Shown here: positions 1 through 10,659 of the stretch, one piece after another
Layout of the letters: each line of letters opens with the position of its first letter
Numbering within the stretch: position 1 is the first letter of the stretch
Assembly (NCBI GenBank): GCA_046314355.1
Contig: JBKBWQ010000001.1
Location: 512,001-576,000, forward strand
DNA length: 64,000 nucleotides
Source: Candidatus Altimarinota bacterium
GTDB taxonomy: Bacteria; Patescibacteriota; Gracilibacteria; 1-14-2-50-48-13
Direction of reading: 5' to 3'
Translations under genes and position numbers: made by a program
Notes under the pieces: model-generated
What the model was told of the DNA's origin: nothing
Databases searched by the model: none
Seen by the model: the letters and a program-made list of their open reading frames with translations, nothing else

Positions 1-1417
1 CTTTCCAATATGGGAAATAATAAAGCGGAAATGTGACTTTACTATCCATAGAAGTATCTGTAAGACATCGCTGATATGTGAGTGTTTGAGCATTCTTAAG
101 ATCTTTATCTTTAGTGGAAACACTTGTTGGAGATCCTTCAGCATGAATATTGAGATATTCATCTCCTACTGTAGTTCTTTTATCTTCTCTCAATATCTGC
201 TCTGGAGTAGATATCGGCTCTGAATAATAATCCCAATGCTGATAGTGCAATAAGTGTGAGGCAGCTAAAATACAAATAGAACCGTACATGAGTATAGATG
301 CATATTTCTTATATTTTTTGAAAAAAACCTCTACAATGTAGGTAGTATTCCATAAGGCAAATACAGAAAAGAAAAGCATTAATCTCCATGGAAACTGCAC
401 GAGATGCAGTATAGGAAACATATCCCATACAACATGGCTCACAGGAAACATCATACAAAAACTAATAGTACTAAATACGAAAGCTGTAAGACCGGATGGG
501 TTAGATATATAAGCTGCCTTCTCTTTTACGGCAGTAAATATATTCGCAATAGGCAGAAGAAGTACTATAGGACTGATGTATATCAATGCTTTACTATCAA
601 AAAGGAGGTTTTTTAATTCTAGAAAGTTTCTCTCATACACAAATTTACCTAAAGTAAGATCTCCAATACGTACATACGCTCCATCAAATACAGCGGGAAG
701 CAAGAAAAACATAGCAGTACCAAATGAACACAAGACACATAGAGCGATCTCAAACAATCTTCTATCTTTGAAAGTACCATATTCATTTCTAAAAAATAAG
801 AGCCCTAGTACTAATAAACAAGGCAGTCCCAGCATTACCGTAATATTGTGCGAGAGAAGGAAGAAAAGAAGAAAAATGAACAGCATACAGTAGCTTTTGA
901 TACCAGGATGCTTTATCACTCTCACTAAGCCCCATAAAACAACAGGAAACAGCATAAAAGCGCTATATTCAGCAAAGGAGTTTCTGGAAAAAAGATCTAC
1001 AAATTTATATGGAGTAAACATCAAAAACAACGCGCCTATGAGGGCAAATTCCTTTGAAATAAATGCTTTAAGAAACTGGTAAAAACCATATGCGCCTCCT
1101 AATCCAAGCATAACAACAACAATTTTTACTGCAGTAATGAGATCTACCTGTAAAAAAGAAACAAGCGTCGTAAGAAAAAGGAAGAGTGGTGCATAAAACA
1201 CGAAGATAGGTGATCCATATCCCATATAAAGATCAGATGCCATTCTTGGTATACCATGTGATAATAGTGCCTCTTTATATTCAACGAGCCTTACCAGTTC
1301 CAGCTGAAGATCATGTCCGATTGGAAAACCTTCTTTAAGGAGAGGAATAGCGCTGATAAGCGAAGCTATAACTAGAGTCAGGAGGACTCGATAGCGGGAG
1401 AGAAAAGTAAAGAACAT
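1..1417 (-). CDS. PTPS-related (GT-C-like) integral membrane protein, truncated by the window start
   Basis: Missing from the ORF track. Manual translation from ATG 1417: MFFTFLSRYRVLL...GFPIGHDLQLELVRL...PRMASDLYMGYGSPIFVFYAPL, matching the GHD..R / PR..DL..GYG.P.F.FY.PL signature; hydrophobic. Confidence 0.8.
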   Translation of the reverse strand, partial: MFFTFLSRYRVLLTLVIASLISAIPLLKEGFPIGHDLQLELVRLVEYKEALLSHGIPRMASDLYMGYGSPIFVFYAPLFLFLTTLVSFLQVDLITAVKIVVVMLGLGGAYGFYQFLKAFISKEFALIGALFLMFTPYKFVDLFSRNSFAEYSAFMLFPVVLWGLVRVIKHPGIKSYCMLFIFLLFFLLSHNITVMLGLPCLLVLGLLFFRNEYGTFKDRRLFEIALCVLCSFGTAMFFLLPAVFDGAYVRIGDLTLGKFVYERNFLELKNLLFDSKALIYISPIVLLLPIANIFTAVKEKAAYISNPSGLTAFVFSTISFCMMFPVSHVVWDMFPILHLVQFPWRLMLFFSVFALWNTTYIVEVFFKKYKKYASILMYGSICILAASHLLHYQHWDYYSEPISTPEQILREDKRTTVGDEYLNIHAEGSPTSVSTKDKDLKNAQTLTYQRCLTDTSMDSKVTFPLYYFPYWK

Positions 1418-1427
1418 ACAAGAGTTA

Positions 1428-1985
1428 TTAGATGATTTCAGGTTTTCTAGTATGAAGAGTCTTAGTCTGTACTGCTTGCCAGTCAATTCGAGGCGACAAA
1501 AGACCTGAGCCGCCCGCCCTATCAAGTAAGATATCATCTTTTACAATAATTCTATGAGCTTCAACCTTTACTATTTCACTTCTATGAATGAGAAAGGACT
1601 GCAGTTTTGAAAAGAGAAACCGCTTCTCAACATCTATTTGTATTAAAGACAAATTGTTTGCATCAAAAAGAAAATCTTCAACATTTCCTATAAACATTCC
1701 CGTTTCAGTATAGACAGAAGTAGACAGAATTTTGATACCGTCTACTTTGTCTACTTGCGGAACGTTTTCTTTACCTATAGTGGTTTGCGGCTCTCGAGAT
1801 GTGAATGTAAGCTGGTCAGATGGAACGATAAACTTTCTTGAAAGCGGAGAACGTATGACCTCACACGCAGTACACACAAGGTTTTTTGGGTCAAAGAGCA
1901 TACTTCTTATTCTGCCTATATATAGATCTGTTTTATAGATCCTTACCTTTTTCCAGCGAAGTTTTCTGAATGCTATTAATGCCAT
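1428..1985 (-). CDS. PRC-barrel domain protein
   Basis: Two repeats of the VYTETG.FIG.VED.LFD pattern. Confidence 0.7.
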   Translation of the reverse strand: MALIAFRKLRWKKVRIYKTDLYIGRIRSMLFDPKNLVCTACEVIRSPLSRKFIVPSDQLTFTSREPQTTIGKENVPQVDKVDGIKILSTSVYTETGMFIGNVEDFLFDANNLSLIQIDVEKRFLFSKLQSFLIHRSEIVKVEAHRIIVKDDILLDRAGGSGLLSPRIDWQAVQTKTLHTRKPEII

Positions 1986-1997
1986 AGAGCCTCATTA

Positions 1998-4900
1998 TCA
2001 TTGTGTAGAATCGTCGTCTTCAGTAATGGGTGGGATAGGTTTATCTTGAGGTGTGAATTCTATATTTACAGTACGCTGTGCAGAGTTTCCATTACTGTCA
2101 AGCGCTCTGAAGCTAAATAGCTGAGGTCCTGCCTTATAGAATTTTGGATTCACATAGATAGAGTAGGTATATGGTTCACCAGTAAAGACTTTTATTAATT
2201 CACCATTCATATATACTTCTAGCTTTGCAATCCTGCTTTGTTCATCGTAAGCATCAAGGTTTACCACTAACTGTTCTCCTAAAGAGACTTTCGTACCATC
2301 AACAGGAGAGGTAACATTGAGTACTGGTCCTTTATTATCCCCTTCTATTTTGACCGCAGATTGTGCCTCTGCAGTATTAAAGTTTTGATCAGTGAGTACG
2401 ACACGGATAGTATGTGAATTAGTATCATTAGGTATAGTTACATAGCCGACATTAAACGGCTCCACTTCCCTCGTCATCTGTGTGGTACCATCAAGCATAT
2501 AGTCTACTCTTTTTACTCCAAGAGGAGCAGTAACCTGTACTTTGACATTTACCTTTCCAACACTTACAGTTCCAAAATTTACAGGGGAGACGATACTTAT
2601 TTTTGGCGCCTGTTCTTCATCTACTTTTTTACATAAAGGACTCTCTTCATTTGAGTAAGCTCCTCCTCCAGTCGCAATACCTCGGCCAGCCGCCCATGCT
2701 CTTACTGGGTCCTCCCAGTTCTTCCACTCAGGTTTTTCAGAATGAACATTATAAGTTGATACTTCTTTTACAGCAGCAGCGGGACACTCATCAGTTGCTC
2801 TAAGATTATTTCTTATATCAATCTTTATACTTCTTGCAGCTGCATCAAAGTCCTTTGGAGCTGACCAGCTTGAGAAAATATCCTTTGAAGAGTACTCAGA
2901 CGGTGTTGCCTTTGAGGTTCGAAGCCCGGAAAGCTTACTTACCGCTACAGAGACGATTCCCTCAGGTCTCGTAAAATCTTTTTTATCCTTACCGGCATGA
3001 AATTTAATCATAAAGTCCTTCCAAGTCGGCGCACTTACATTAAGTCCATCAGATGTAGGAGGCAGTGCAGATCCGTCATTATTACCTGACCATACAGCCA
3101 CAGAAACATATTTACTATATCCTACTGTCCAGAGATCAGATGGCAGGATCTTTTTACCTCCGTTAAAACTCTTGTTAGAAGTACCTGTCTTAGCTGCCAC
3201 TGTTTGTCCTGGTATATTCAATGCATCTCTCCAGAATCCTGCAGGACGAGCTTCCCTATCAGAAAGGATATCACTAATCTCATAGGCTATCTGAGAATCC
3301 ATTACCTCACTCTTATGCTCATCAGGATTCCACTGCATTACTATATTATTATCCGAGTCACGTATTTCCATAATAGCCGTAGGCTCTACCCAGACTCCGT
3401 CATTTCCGAAAGATGCATATCCGGCAGCCATATCTAGAGGTCGTACTTCTCCTGTACCAATGGCGAGAGGATAACCATAATAGAATTTTTCATTATCAGG
3501 TTTTCCTTCATTTGTTTTATCACGGGTTTCTTTAAGGTAGCCAAATCCAAACTTTCCCATGAAATCAAGAAGTGCATCCTCTCCTCCACCTAGGATAAGA
3601 GCCTTTACAGCTGTAATATTTCTTGAATATGCGAGAGCATTTCGGATCTTCATAGGTCCCATCTGCTGATTGTCATAGTTATTAGGAGAATAACCTCCAA
3701 ACTTTGTCTTTAAATCCCATAACACACTTCCAGGTCCATATTTACCTTGAAACAGAAGTGCATACACAAAAGGTTTAAAGCTTGAACCTGGCTGTCGTTT
3801 TCTTGTAATAATGTTCACATTTCCATCATTTTCTTTATCCCAATAATCTCTAGAACCAACCATAGCAAGAATTTTTCCTGTACCTGGCTCTACTGCTACC
3901 ATTGCTTGATTCTGAATCTTATATTTTGAAGCAGCAGTATCTCCTCCTTTTTTAATAGCTGCTTCAGCCATCTCCTGTACTTTTGGATCAATGGAAGTTC
4001 TTACCACATAACCTTTTGAACTTATATCTTCTCCAAACTTTTGCTCAAGAACCTCTTTTACATACATTACAAAATGCGGATATCTGATTCTTTCTACATA
4101 GGGCTTAAATACTATATTGTGAGACTCTTTCCATGCCTGATCCATCTCTTCCTTAGTAATATATTTCTCTTCATACATTTTTTCTAAGACAAGATCCTTA
4201 CGCCCCTTCACGTAGTTTACATCATTTATATCCTTACAGTTTCCTAAACCTTTATATATTTCTGAATTTCCTGATGAGACCTGAGCTCCTGAGGATGCTG
4301 CAAGCGCAGGAAGATCGCTTTTTTTGATAGTAAATGTTTTATCAGATGGAAACTTGATCTTCGTTTCATCCTGATAAATCTCAAAACTCTTATTTCCTGA
4401 TGAGAACGTAAGAGCATCTGTAGCTTTTACATCTATCTGCTCTCCTTTTTCAAGGGTACCCTCATACTGTTTATCTCCATTATCACTTGTGATTTTTAGC
4501 CACACACGATCAATAGCTACCACTGTAAGTTCCATATCAGATGATGCAACAGGAGCTTTATTCGTATTACTATTTGGTGTTGACTTATCTCCTGCATCCC
4601 CCACATTTACCCCCTGAGATCCAGCCGGTTTACAATATCCGATAAGCTCATCCGTATGCTGACCATATGGTGAAAAATATGATGGCGCCTGAGGAACAGC
4701 AGCAATAATAGCAGATTCAGCGATACTCAAATCCTTCGCATGTTTATTAAAGAATGTCAGCGCTCCTCTTTCAATTCCATGAACTGTTGAGCCTAAACTC
4801 AACTGATTGAGGTAGAGTTCAAGAATTTTATCCTTGGTATATTTTCTCTCTACTTGAAACGCGAGGATCGCTTCTTTGATCTTTCTAGTAGGTGTTTTTG

Positions 4901-5366
4901 CAGGGTCCTTAAGTACAAGGTTCTTTACGAGCTGCTGAGTAAGCGTAGAAGCACCCTGGGTAAGCTGTCTTCGAAGAATATAATTATTTACAAAAGCACG
5001 TGAAAGTCCAATAAAAGACACCCCTGGATGACTATAGAAAGATCTATCTTCTATGGCCACGATAGCATTCTTCATGTTTGTTGAAATCTCGCTTGATGCT
5101 ACATATGTTCTATTTTCCTTATCATAAAGCTTATAAATCTCGTTACCATCCTTATCAAGAATGATAGTACTCTGTGCTAGATCCTTTTCAAGAATACCAA
5201 CATCAGGCAATCCCTGCATTAGGATAATTATAAATATGATACAACCTATAAATGCCGCTGCACACAGACCGAGAATAGAAACAAGGGCAATAAAAAGCTT
5301 TGAGCGCTTACCATCCTTCTTCTTAAATTTATTCAAAAAAGCGAGCTTTATCTTAGAAAAATTCAT
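1998..5366 (-). CDS. Class A penicillin-binding protein (transglycosylase/transpeptidase) with an internal insertion and two C-terminal Ig-like domains
   Basis: EDRSFYSHPG, GASTLTQQLVKN, RKIKE (GT51); SSFK, SRN, KTGT (transpeptidase); N-terminal TM helix. Confidence 0.95.
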   Translation of the reverse strand: MNFSKIKLAFLNKFKKKDGKRSKLFIALVSILGLCAAAFIGCIIFIIILMQGLPDVGILEKDLAQSTIILDKDGNEIYKLYDKENRTYVASSEISTNMKNAIVAIEDRSFYSHPGVSFIGLSRAFVNNYILRRQLTQGASTLTQQLVKNLVLKDPAKTPTRKIKEAILAFQVERKYTKDKILELYLNQLSLGSTVHGIERGALTFFNKHAKDLSIAESAIIAAVPQAPSYFSPYGQHTDELIGYCKPAGSQGVNVGDAGDKSTPNSNTNKAPVASSDMELTVVAIDRVWLKITSDNGDKQYEGTLEKGEQIDVKATDALTFSSGNKSFEIYQDETKIKFPSDKTFTIKKSDLPALAASSGAQVSSGNSEIYKGLGNCKDINDVNYVKGRKDLVLEKMYEEKYITKEEMDQAWKESHNIVFKPYVERIRYPHFVMYVKEVLEQKFGEDISSKGYVVRTSIDPKVQEMAEAAIKKGGDTAASKYKIQNQAMVAVEPGTGKILAMVGSRDYWDKENDGNVNIITRKRQPGSSFKPFVYALLFQGKYGPGSVLWDLKTKFGGYSPNNYDNQQMGPMKIRNALAYSRNITAVKALILGGGEDALLDFMGKFGFGYLKETRDKTNEGKPDNEKFYYGYPLAIGTGEVRPLDMAAGYASFGNDGVWVEPTAIMEIRDSDNNIVMQWNPDEHKSEVMDSQIAYEISDILSDREARPAGFWRDALNIPGQTVAAKTGTSNKSFNGGKKILPSDLWTVGYSKYVSVAVWSGNNDGSALPPTSDGLNVSAPTWKDFMIKFHAGKDKKDFTRPEGIVSVAVSKLSGLRTSKATPSEYSSKDIFSSWSAPKDFDAAARSIKIDIRNNLRATDECPAAAVKEVSTYNVHSEKPEWKNWEDPVRAWAAGRGIATGGGAYSNEESPLCKKVDEEQAPKISIVSPVNFGTVSVGKVNVKVQVTAPLGVKRVDYMLDGTTQMTREVEPFNVGYVTIPNDTNSHTIRVVLTDQNFNTAEAQSAVKIEGDNKGPVLNVTSPVDGTKVSLGEQLVVNLDAYDEQSRIAKLEVYMNGELIKVFTGEPYTYSIYVNPKFYKAGPQLFSFRALDSNGNSAQRTVNIEFTPQDKPIPPITEDDDSTQ

Positions 5367-5561
5367 AATAATTGATAGAGTATGAAAACTAGAAATTATG
5401 AAAACGACTATCGTAATAGTACGAATATTTATCCCTTTTGCAATGCTTTGTCATTTATGAGAACAGTTACTCCTGAAGGTTGAATTCGTCTAAAATCCTT
5501 TTACATTTTTTTATAAGCATCTATAGTAAAAATGTGATTAAAAGATTTATTTTCCGCATCT

Positions 5562-5822
5562 ATGACTTCGAGCAAAAAAGAAAAAAATTTGAAAAATATT
5601 GGTAAACTAGTAAAAGGTATCATTATAGGAGGTGCTATAGGTTCTGTACTTGGAGTTACTCTAGCGCCAAAGAGCGGTAAAGAAACACGAACTATGCTTA
5701 AAAAAGGTTCTATAAAAGCATTCAATTCTGGTTCTCAAATGGTTTCAAATATAAAAATGCCAAAGCCGGGTCTTTCTTTTTTCAGAGGTATCCGCGCGCT
5801 TCTATTCGGTAAGAAAAAATAA
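5562..5822 (+). CDS. YtxH-like protein
   Basis: GIIIGGAIGSVLGVTLAPKSGKETR motif. Confidence 0.85.
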   Translation: MTSSKKEKNLKNIGKLVKGIIIGGAIGSVLGVTLAPKSGKETRTMLKKGSIKAFNSGSQMVSNIKMPKPGLSFFRGIRALLFGKKK

Positions 5823-5823
5823 T

Positions 5824-7116
5824 ATGTTTTCTCCCTCTTTCACATATAGAACAGCAGCACGCATCATTGGATTATTGATGCTCTCTTTTGCATGTCTTTC
5901 AACTGTTTCTGCGAAGGAATTTATCATTGCTCCAGAATCCAAAGAGGCTTTTATTAAAAATCTTCAGACTATTAGTAAGACGAAAATATATCTTGAAAAC
6001 AACGCTGGAGAAAAGATCACACTCCTTACTAGTGATATTGAAAAGATTCTGAATATTGAAGAAATTACAGGTCTTAAAGTGGGAAATAGTATAATACAAA
6101 TAGCTGAGACAAATAATAATACTACGACAGGAGTAAAATATGCAAAAATAAGTATCAAAGAAGATACAGATCTCCTCTCTTCATTACTAGGTGAACAGAA
6201 AAATGCTTTTTCAAAGGCAGTTGAAAATATTACAATTAAAAAGCTTCCAAACAGCAATAAGTACTCAGTGGAAGGTAAACTTCTTGATGGGTATGAGATA
6301 GATAAAGACTTATTTGAAAGCATGCTGCTCCAAATATTTAATAAGGAAAAAAATATTCGTGCAATCAAAGTACCGGAGCATTTTACTAAGGCACAGATTC
6401 TTCAGGATGGCAAACCTGAAGATGCACTAGAGCTCGTGACTCAGGGTGTTTCTGATTTTAAAGGATCATCAAAGGCAAGACTACATAACATCGTAACCGG
6501 GTATACACGCTTTCAAGGAATTGTAATAGAGCCAAATGCAGTTTTTAGTTTTAATGATATTCTAGGACCAGTGGATGCTTCCACCGGCTATGCAAAAGAA
6601 CTTGTGATAAAAGGACCAAAGACTGTTCCAGACTGGGGAGGTGGTGTCTGCCAGGTATCATCTACAGTCTTCCGTGCCGCACTTAATGCCGGACTACCTA
6701 TAGTAGAAAGAAGAAATCATTCTTATGCCGTTTCATATTATGAGCCTTGGGGTACAGATGCGACAATCTACCCAGGAGTACAGGATCTGCAGTTCAAAAA
6801 TGACACTGCATCACCTATTATCATGCATATTTATCATGAAGGGACAACTCTCTATGTAAATTTCTATGGTAAAAAAGACGGAAGACAGGTACAACTAGAT
6901 GGACCTACAGTATATAACCGACGAGGGACTCCAGCTCCAACTGTTGAGACAACCACTTCCCTGCCGACTGGTAAGCAGGTACTCAAAGAATACGGACATG
7001 CTGGATTCTCGGCTTACTGGATACGGACAATTACAAAAGCTACTGGTGAGAAAGTCACTGATAAGTTCAATAGTGTCTACGAAGCTCGTCCTGGTCATGT
7101 ACTCCGAGGAGCATAA
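5824..7116 (+). CDS. VanW family protein, secreted or anchored, with G5-like C-terminus
   Basis: FSFNDILG, GGGVCQVSSTVFRA, ERRNHS, DATIY, DLQFKNDT. Confidence 0.9.
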   Translation: MFSPSFTYRTAARIIGLLMLSFACLSTVSAKEFIIAPESKEAFIKNLQTISKTKIYLENNAGEKITLLTSDIEKILNIEEITGLKVGNSIIQIAETNNNTTTGVKYAKISIKEDTDLLSSLLGEQKNAFSKAVENITIKKLPNSNKYSVEGKLLDGYEIDKDLFESMLLQIFNKEKNIRAIKVPEHFTKAQILQDGKPEDALELVTQGVSDFKGSSKARLHNIVTGYTRFQGIVIEPNAVFSFNDILGPVDASTGYAKELVIKGPKTVPDWGGGVCQVSSTVFRAALNAGLPIVERRNHSYAVSYYEPWGTDATIYPGVQDLQFKNDTASPIIMHIYHEGTTLYVNFYGKKDGRQVQLDGPTVYNRRGTPAPTVETTTSLPTGKQVLKEYGHAGFSAYWIRTITKATGEKVTDKFNSVYEARPGHVLRGA

Positions 7117-7143
7117 CTCTATTTCTATATTTTTATACCTATA

Positions 7144-7734
7144 ATGGAACTATTCTGGCACGGTGAAGATACTTGTATGATAAATACAGGAAAGTCTGCA
7201 CAGATTCTAATAAATCCACATACATCCACTACCTCTGGTAAAAAGAACTCCGTAATCATCCTTAACTCAGAGGATAGAACTAAATACGCAAAAATTGATG
7301 CAGATACTTACGTTGTAGACTGGCCAGGTGAATATGAGGTAGCAGACTGCCTTATCACTGGAGTTGAAATTCGTGAAGAAGATCTATTGCTTAAGACTGC
7401 CTACAACATTCATCTCCCTGAGGATATTAGTATTGCAGTTGTAGGTGATGTTTCAAAAGTACTTGGAGGAGAAGAAATAGAACTTCTCGGTTCCGCTGAT
7501 ATCCTCGTGCTATCTTTAAAGAATCTTGATCCAAAGGATGCACATAAGATTGTAGATCATGTTGAACCGCACTTTGTTGTACCTGTAGATTATAAAGATG
7601 AAGAGACTCTAGAAAATTTTCTAAAGACGCTCGGTGTAACACAGCTCCCAGAGAAAAAATCTTCATTAAAACTTTCAAAAAGCGATATCCCTGAAATAGG
7701 TATTACAGCAGTAGTACTCGATCAGCAGAAGTAA
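7144..7734 (+). CDS. Degenerate MBL-fold (Lactamase_B_3-like) protein
   Basis: ELFWHG, DWPGEYEV, EPHFVVPVDY; no HxHxDH metal motif. Confidence 0.7.
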   Translation: MELFWHGEDTCMINTGKSAQILINPHTSTTSGKKNSVIILNSEDRTKYAKIDADTYVVDWPGEYEVADCLITGVEIREEDLLLKTAYNIHLPEDISIAVVGDVSKVLGGEEIELLGSADILVLSLKNLDPKDAHKIVDHVEPHFVVPVDYKDEETLENFLKTLGVTQLPEKKSSLKLSKSDIPEIGITAVVLDQQK

Positions 7735-7750
7735 TCATGTTCTCTCTCAT

Positions 7751-7780
7751 AAGCTGTATACCGCTCACGGTATGCAGCTT
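7751..7780. terminator. Hairpin between convergent genes
   Basis: AAGCTGTATACCG-CTCA-CGGTATGCAGCTT. Confidence 0.6.
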
Positions 7781-9599
7781 ATTTTGTATAAAGCAGATTC
7801 ATGACAACATCTCCATTCTGCTCTAGACGTCCAAGATTGAGTGTTCCCTTCGAATAAGTATCGCTTACGGTTCCTTGAAGAAGAAAAGGTACCTTTGAAT
7901 TTGCAGCAGAAGGATATATATTCATACAATATGTCTTTCCCTTCGAATCCGGGATAGGATCAAAATCTACAGTATAATACCCTTCAGCAATAAAAAGTTC
8001 TGAACGCATATCACGGCTCTGAAGTACATTAAGACACTCTTCATCTCTCAAAATAAACCGAATTGGACTGTCCGTTTTTTTAGAAAATGCAGGAAGATAG
8101 ATGGATACACCCTTGAGGTTATTTTTATCTGATGTAAAAGTCTGATACAGATTATTCCGCGGCGTAACTTCTAGAATAGTACCGCCAGATCCATTGGTAG
8201 GTAAAGCTATCGGCACACTCACCATATCATAATATCTCTCATTGAGAGCCATCCAAGTGGCAGCAAAGCTGCAAAAAGTGATTATAACAAAAGCTATCTT
8301 CAGATGTGATGCCTTTATTTTCAGATGATAAAAACTCAGTAAAAGGAGTGGAAATAGTGGAAGCAGGTATTTTCCCTGCATAAAAGACACAAGTGTACCT
8401 CCTACTGGATCATCTAATATATAAAGAATAGCAAACAGCATCGAGGAACAAAGAGCAAAGAGACCTGCAAAGAACCATCTTCTTTTGCCACTTAACGGTA
8501 CATCCTCGTGCGCACCGCAAAGAAGAAATACTGCAAAGATAATAAGCAGCAGATAGTGCAGATTATAAAGCGGATAATCCATCCATCCTAAAATACCAAA
8601 AAGATTTTTCCAATAAAAATCAAAGGAAGTATTTATAGAATTTACGAGTGTCTGAATAAATGCAAAAGGATGCTGAAGAATATGCATCATCTGCGCTTCC
8701 CTATCTACAAGTCCGCTATTTCCATAATTTCCAATCGAGAAAAGACTTCTTAGAATCAATAAAAATACAACGTGAGCAATTACAAACGCTGAAGTAAATA
8801 ATGCATACGCTTTTGTGGAAGAAAACCTCTTTCTTGGCAGAAGAAAAATAAGGAGACTTAAGAATATAAATCCTATCTTTGCGTGAATCGCAAAAAGTGA
8901 AAATAGACAAAATACTGATAGTTCTTTGTATGAGAATTTTCCTTTCCGATCAGAATAACTTAATTCTAAGATCCATGCATAAAAAAAGAATAGAAGAGAG
9001 TAATGCATAGCATCCAGACTATAGGATGATATTTGCTGTATAAACATTGGAAGTAGAGCTACAAACATGAATACAGGTTTTCCGAAAGGCAGCTTCCTCA
9101 GTGCAAAAAAGATAATACTAACAGCCGCAATAAGATTAGCTGCTCTTCCAAGGTAAAAAATACCCAAAAGTGAAAGCCCAAGCAATTTCCCTAGCAAGAT
9201 TCCCAATGCTTGCGGAATACTGCTCCAAGCAGGAGATTCACAAAAAGGATGTTCTGCAAAAACCTTATCATTTTCATTTACTGCGACAAAAGATCCTCTC
9301 TGAATTTCTTCCTTTTGAATCTTTATGTCAGAATGATATGGAAGCTTTTCCACTCCCATGATCTTACCAGCCTCCCATGCGCTCCGAGGAATATACATAC
9401 CTGGTTTTCCTGCCGCATTCTTGGTACAAAGTATATTTCCTTCAGAAAGAGCATATGCTTTATTGAAATGATTATATTCATCCATGACCTGAAATGGAGG
9501 CATGTGAAACACCATAAATAACCCGAATACACATGCAATCGGAAGATAATAGAATTCTAGAGGAAGATGGGAAAGTTTTCTAAAAAAAGCAGGAATCAT
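7779..9599 (-). CDS. DUF2142-like GT-C membrane glycosyltransferase with C-terminal beta domain
   Basis: PPFQVMDEYNHF.KAY, GILGWMD, MQGKYLLP motifs; multi-TM; start moved to MIPAFF (9599). Confidence 0.8.
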   Translation of the reverse strand: MIPAFFRKLSHLPLEFYYLPIACVFGLFMVFHMPPFQVMDEYNHFNKAYALSEGNILCTKNAAGKPGMYIPRSAWEAGKIMGVEKLPYHSDIKIQKEEIQRGSFVAVNENDKVFAEHPFCESPAWSSIPQALGILLGKLLGLSLLGIFYLGRAANLIAAVSIIFFALRKLPFGKPVFMFVALLPMFIQQISSYSLDAMHYSLLFFFYAWILELSYSDRKGKFSYKELSVFCLFSLFAIHAKIGFIFLSLLIFLLPRKRFSSTKAYALFTSAFVIAHVVFLLILRSLFSIGNYGNSGLVDREAQMMHILQHPFAFIQTLVNSINTSFDFYWKNLFGILGWMDYPLYNLHYLLLIIFAVFLLCGAHEDVPLSGKRRWFFAGLFALCSSMLFAILYILDDPVGGTLVSFMQGKYLLPLFPLLLLSFYHLKIKASHLKIAFVIITFCSFAATWMALNERYYDMVSVPIALPTNGSGGTILEVTPRNNLYQTFTSDKNNLKGVSIYLPAFSKKTDSPIRFILRDEECLNVLQSRDMRSELFIAEGYYTVDFDPIPDSKGKTYCMNIYPSAANSKVPFLLQGTVSDTYSKGTLNLGRLEQNGDVVMNLLYTK

Positions 9600-9651
9600 A
9601 ATGTACAGGATAAGAAGCGTATATTGTATGTAGCACGAACCAACAGGAAAC

Positions 9652-10659
9652 TCAATACTCCTTTGAGCTCTTCCCTCTTTTTCCCTGTGTCTGCAGCAAG
9701 AGCTCTTCCCATTGCCCAAGACCGTAAGAAGTATGAGAGATCAGAAATAACAATACAACGAGAGGAAATAACAGAATATTTTTTCTTTTAACTACTAGAT
9801 AAAAACTAATCAGTAAAATAAGAATAATATATAAACTAAAGGGTACATAGGTTATGCCTCCAAGAAACAAAGCTATTGCGATCACTAAGAGCATCGGAGC
9901 AAGAAGTATTGGTCGCTCAATCATCATAGAAGGATATTTCCGAAAGAGCATGACTCTTCCCTCCCCATACAAAAACATATTTTTTGCCCAAAGATAAACA
10001 GTCGGTCTAAGTGTATGATGGACACTTCCTGCAGGATTATAAACAAAGCAGTAGCCCTCATGGGACATTCTCCATGTTATATCTGCATCCTCACTTATCC
10101 TGATCATATCCTCATCAAAAGGAAATTTTAATAGTATCTCTTTTTCATATAAAGCATTTACAGTAGCGATATGAGGTAAGTATTGCTCCTGCGGGAAAGA
10201 CATGCCATATACAGATCCATGGCTTCCAAGATAGGAATTTTTCATAGTCTCAAGAGCATCATAAAAGTAGCTGGTCTGCTCCGGAGGAATATTTGATCCT
10301 CCCACTCCTACAACTCTCTCATCTTTACTTTTCCACCTTTCATATACCTCTGACATACTGCTTAGCCAATACTTTGGAACGCTGCAGTCTGAGTCTGTAA
10401 ATGCTAAAATTCTATACCTAGATTCTCTTACCCCAGTATTCCTACTTGCAGATAAACCATCTGTACAACTGATAACTCTGAGCTGCGGGCAGGTTCTCTG
10501 TTGTTCATTGAGGTATTCTAAAGTGCCGTCAGTGGATCCTCCATCAATGAATATATACTCTATTTCTCCTGAGTAATGCTGCAAAAACAAAGACTCAAAG
10601 GATTCTTTAATAGTTGCAATAGAATTGAAACTCGGGACTATCACCGATATATTTCTCAT
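9652..10659 (-). CDS. GT2 glycosyltransferase with C-terminal TM helices
   Basis: ISVIVPSFN, DGGSTDG, FTDSDC, SEDAD; start overlaps the upstream stop (ATGA). Confidence 0.9.
   Translation of the reverse strand: MRNISVIVPSFNSIATIKESFESLFLQHYSGEIEYIFIDGGSTDGTLEYLNEQQRTCPQLRVISCTDGLSASRNTGVRESRYRILAFTDSDCSVPKYWLSSMSEVYERWKSKDERVVGVGGSNIPPEQTSYFYDALETMKNSYLGSHGSVYGMSFPQEQYLPHIATVNALYEKEILLKFPFDEDMIRISEDADITWRMSHEGYCFVYNPAGSVHHTLRPTVYLWAKNMFLYGEGRVMLFRKYPSMMIERPILLAPMLLVIAIALFLGGITYVPFSLYIILILLISFYLVVKRKNILLFPLVVLLFLISHTSYGLGQWEELLLQTQGKRGKSSKEY

Noticed and set aside
404-1082. Short + strand ORFs in the track
   Set aside because: Antisense shadows of the 1-1417 membrane protein gene; the same applies to most short ORFs overlapping long genes.
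4236-4634. Intein in the PBP
   Set aside because: Begins with Cys but has no terminal His-Asn or intein block motifs; looks like a linker-flanked beta domain.
7144-7734. Metallo-beta-lactamase resistance gene
   Set aside because: Metal-binding His motif absent; degenerate MBL-fold family.
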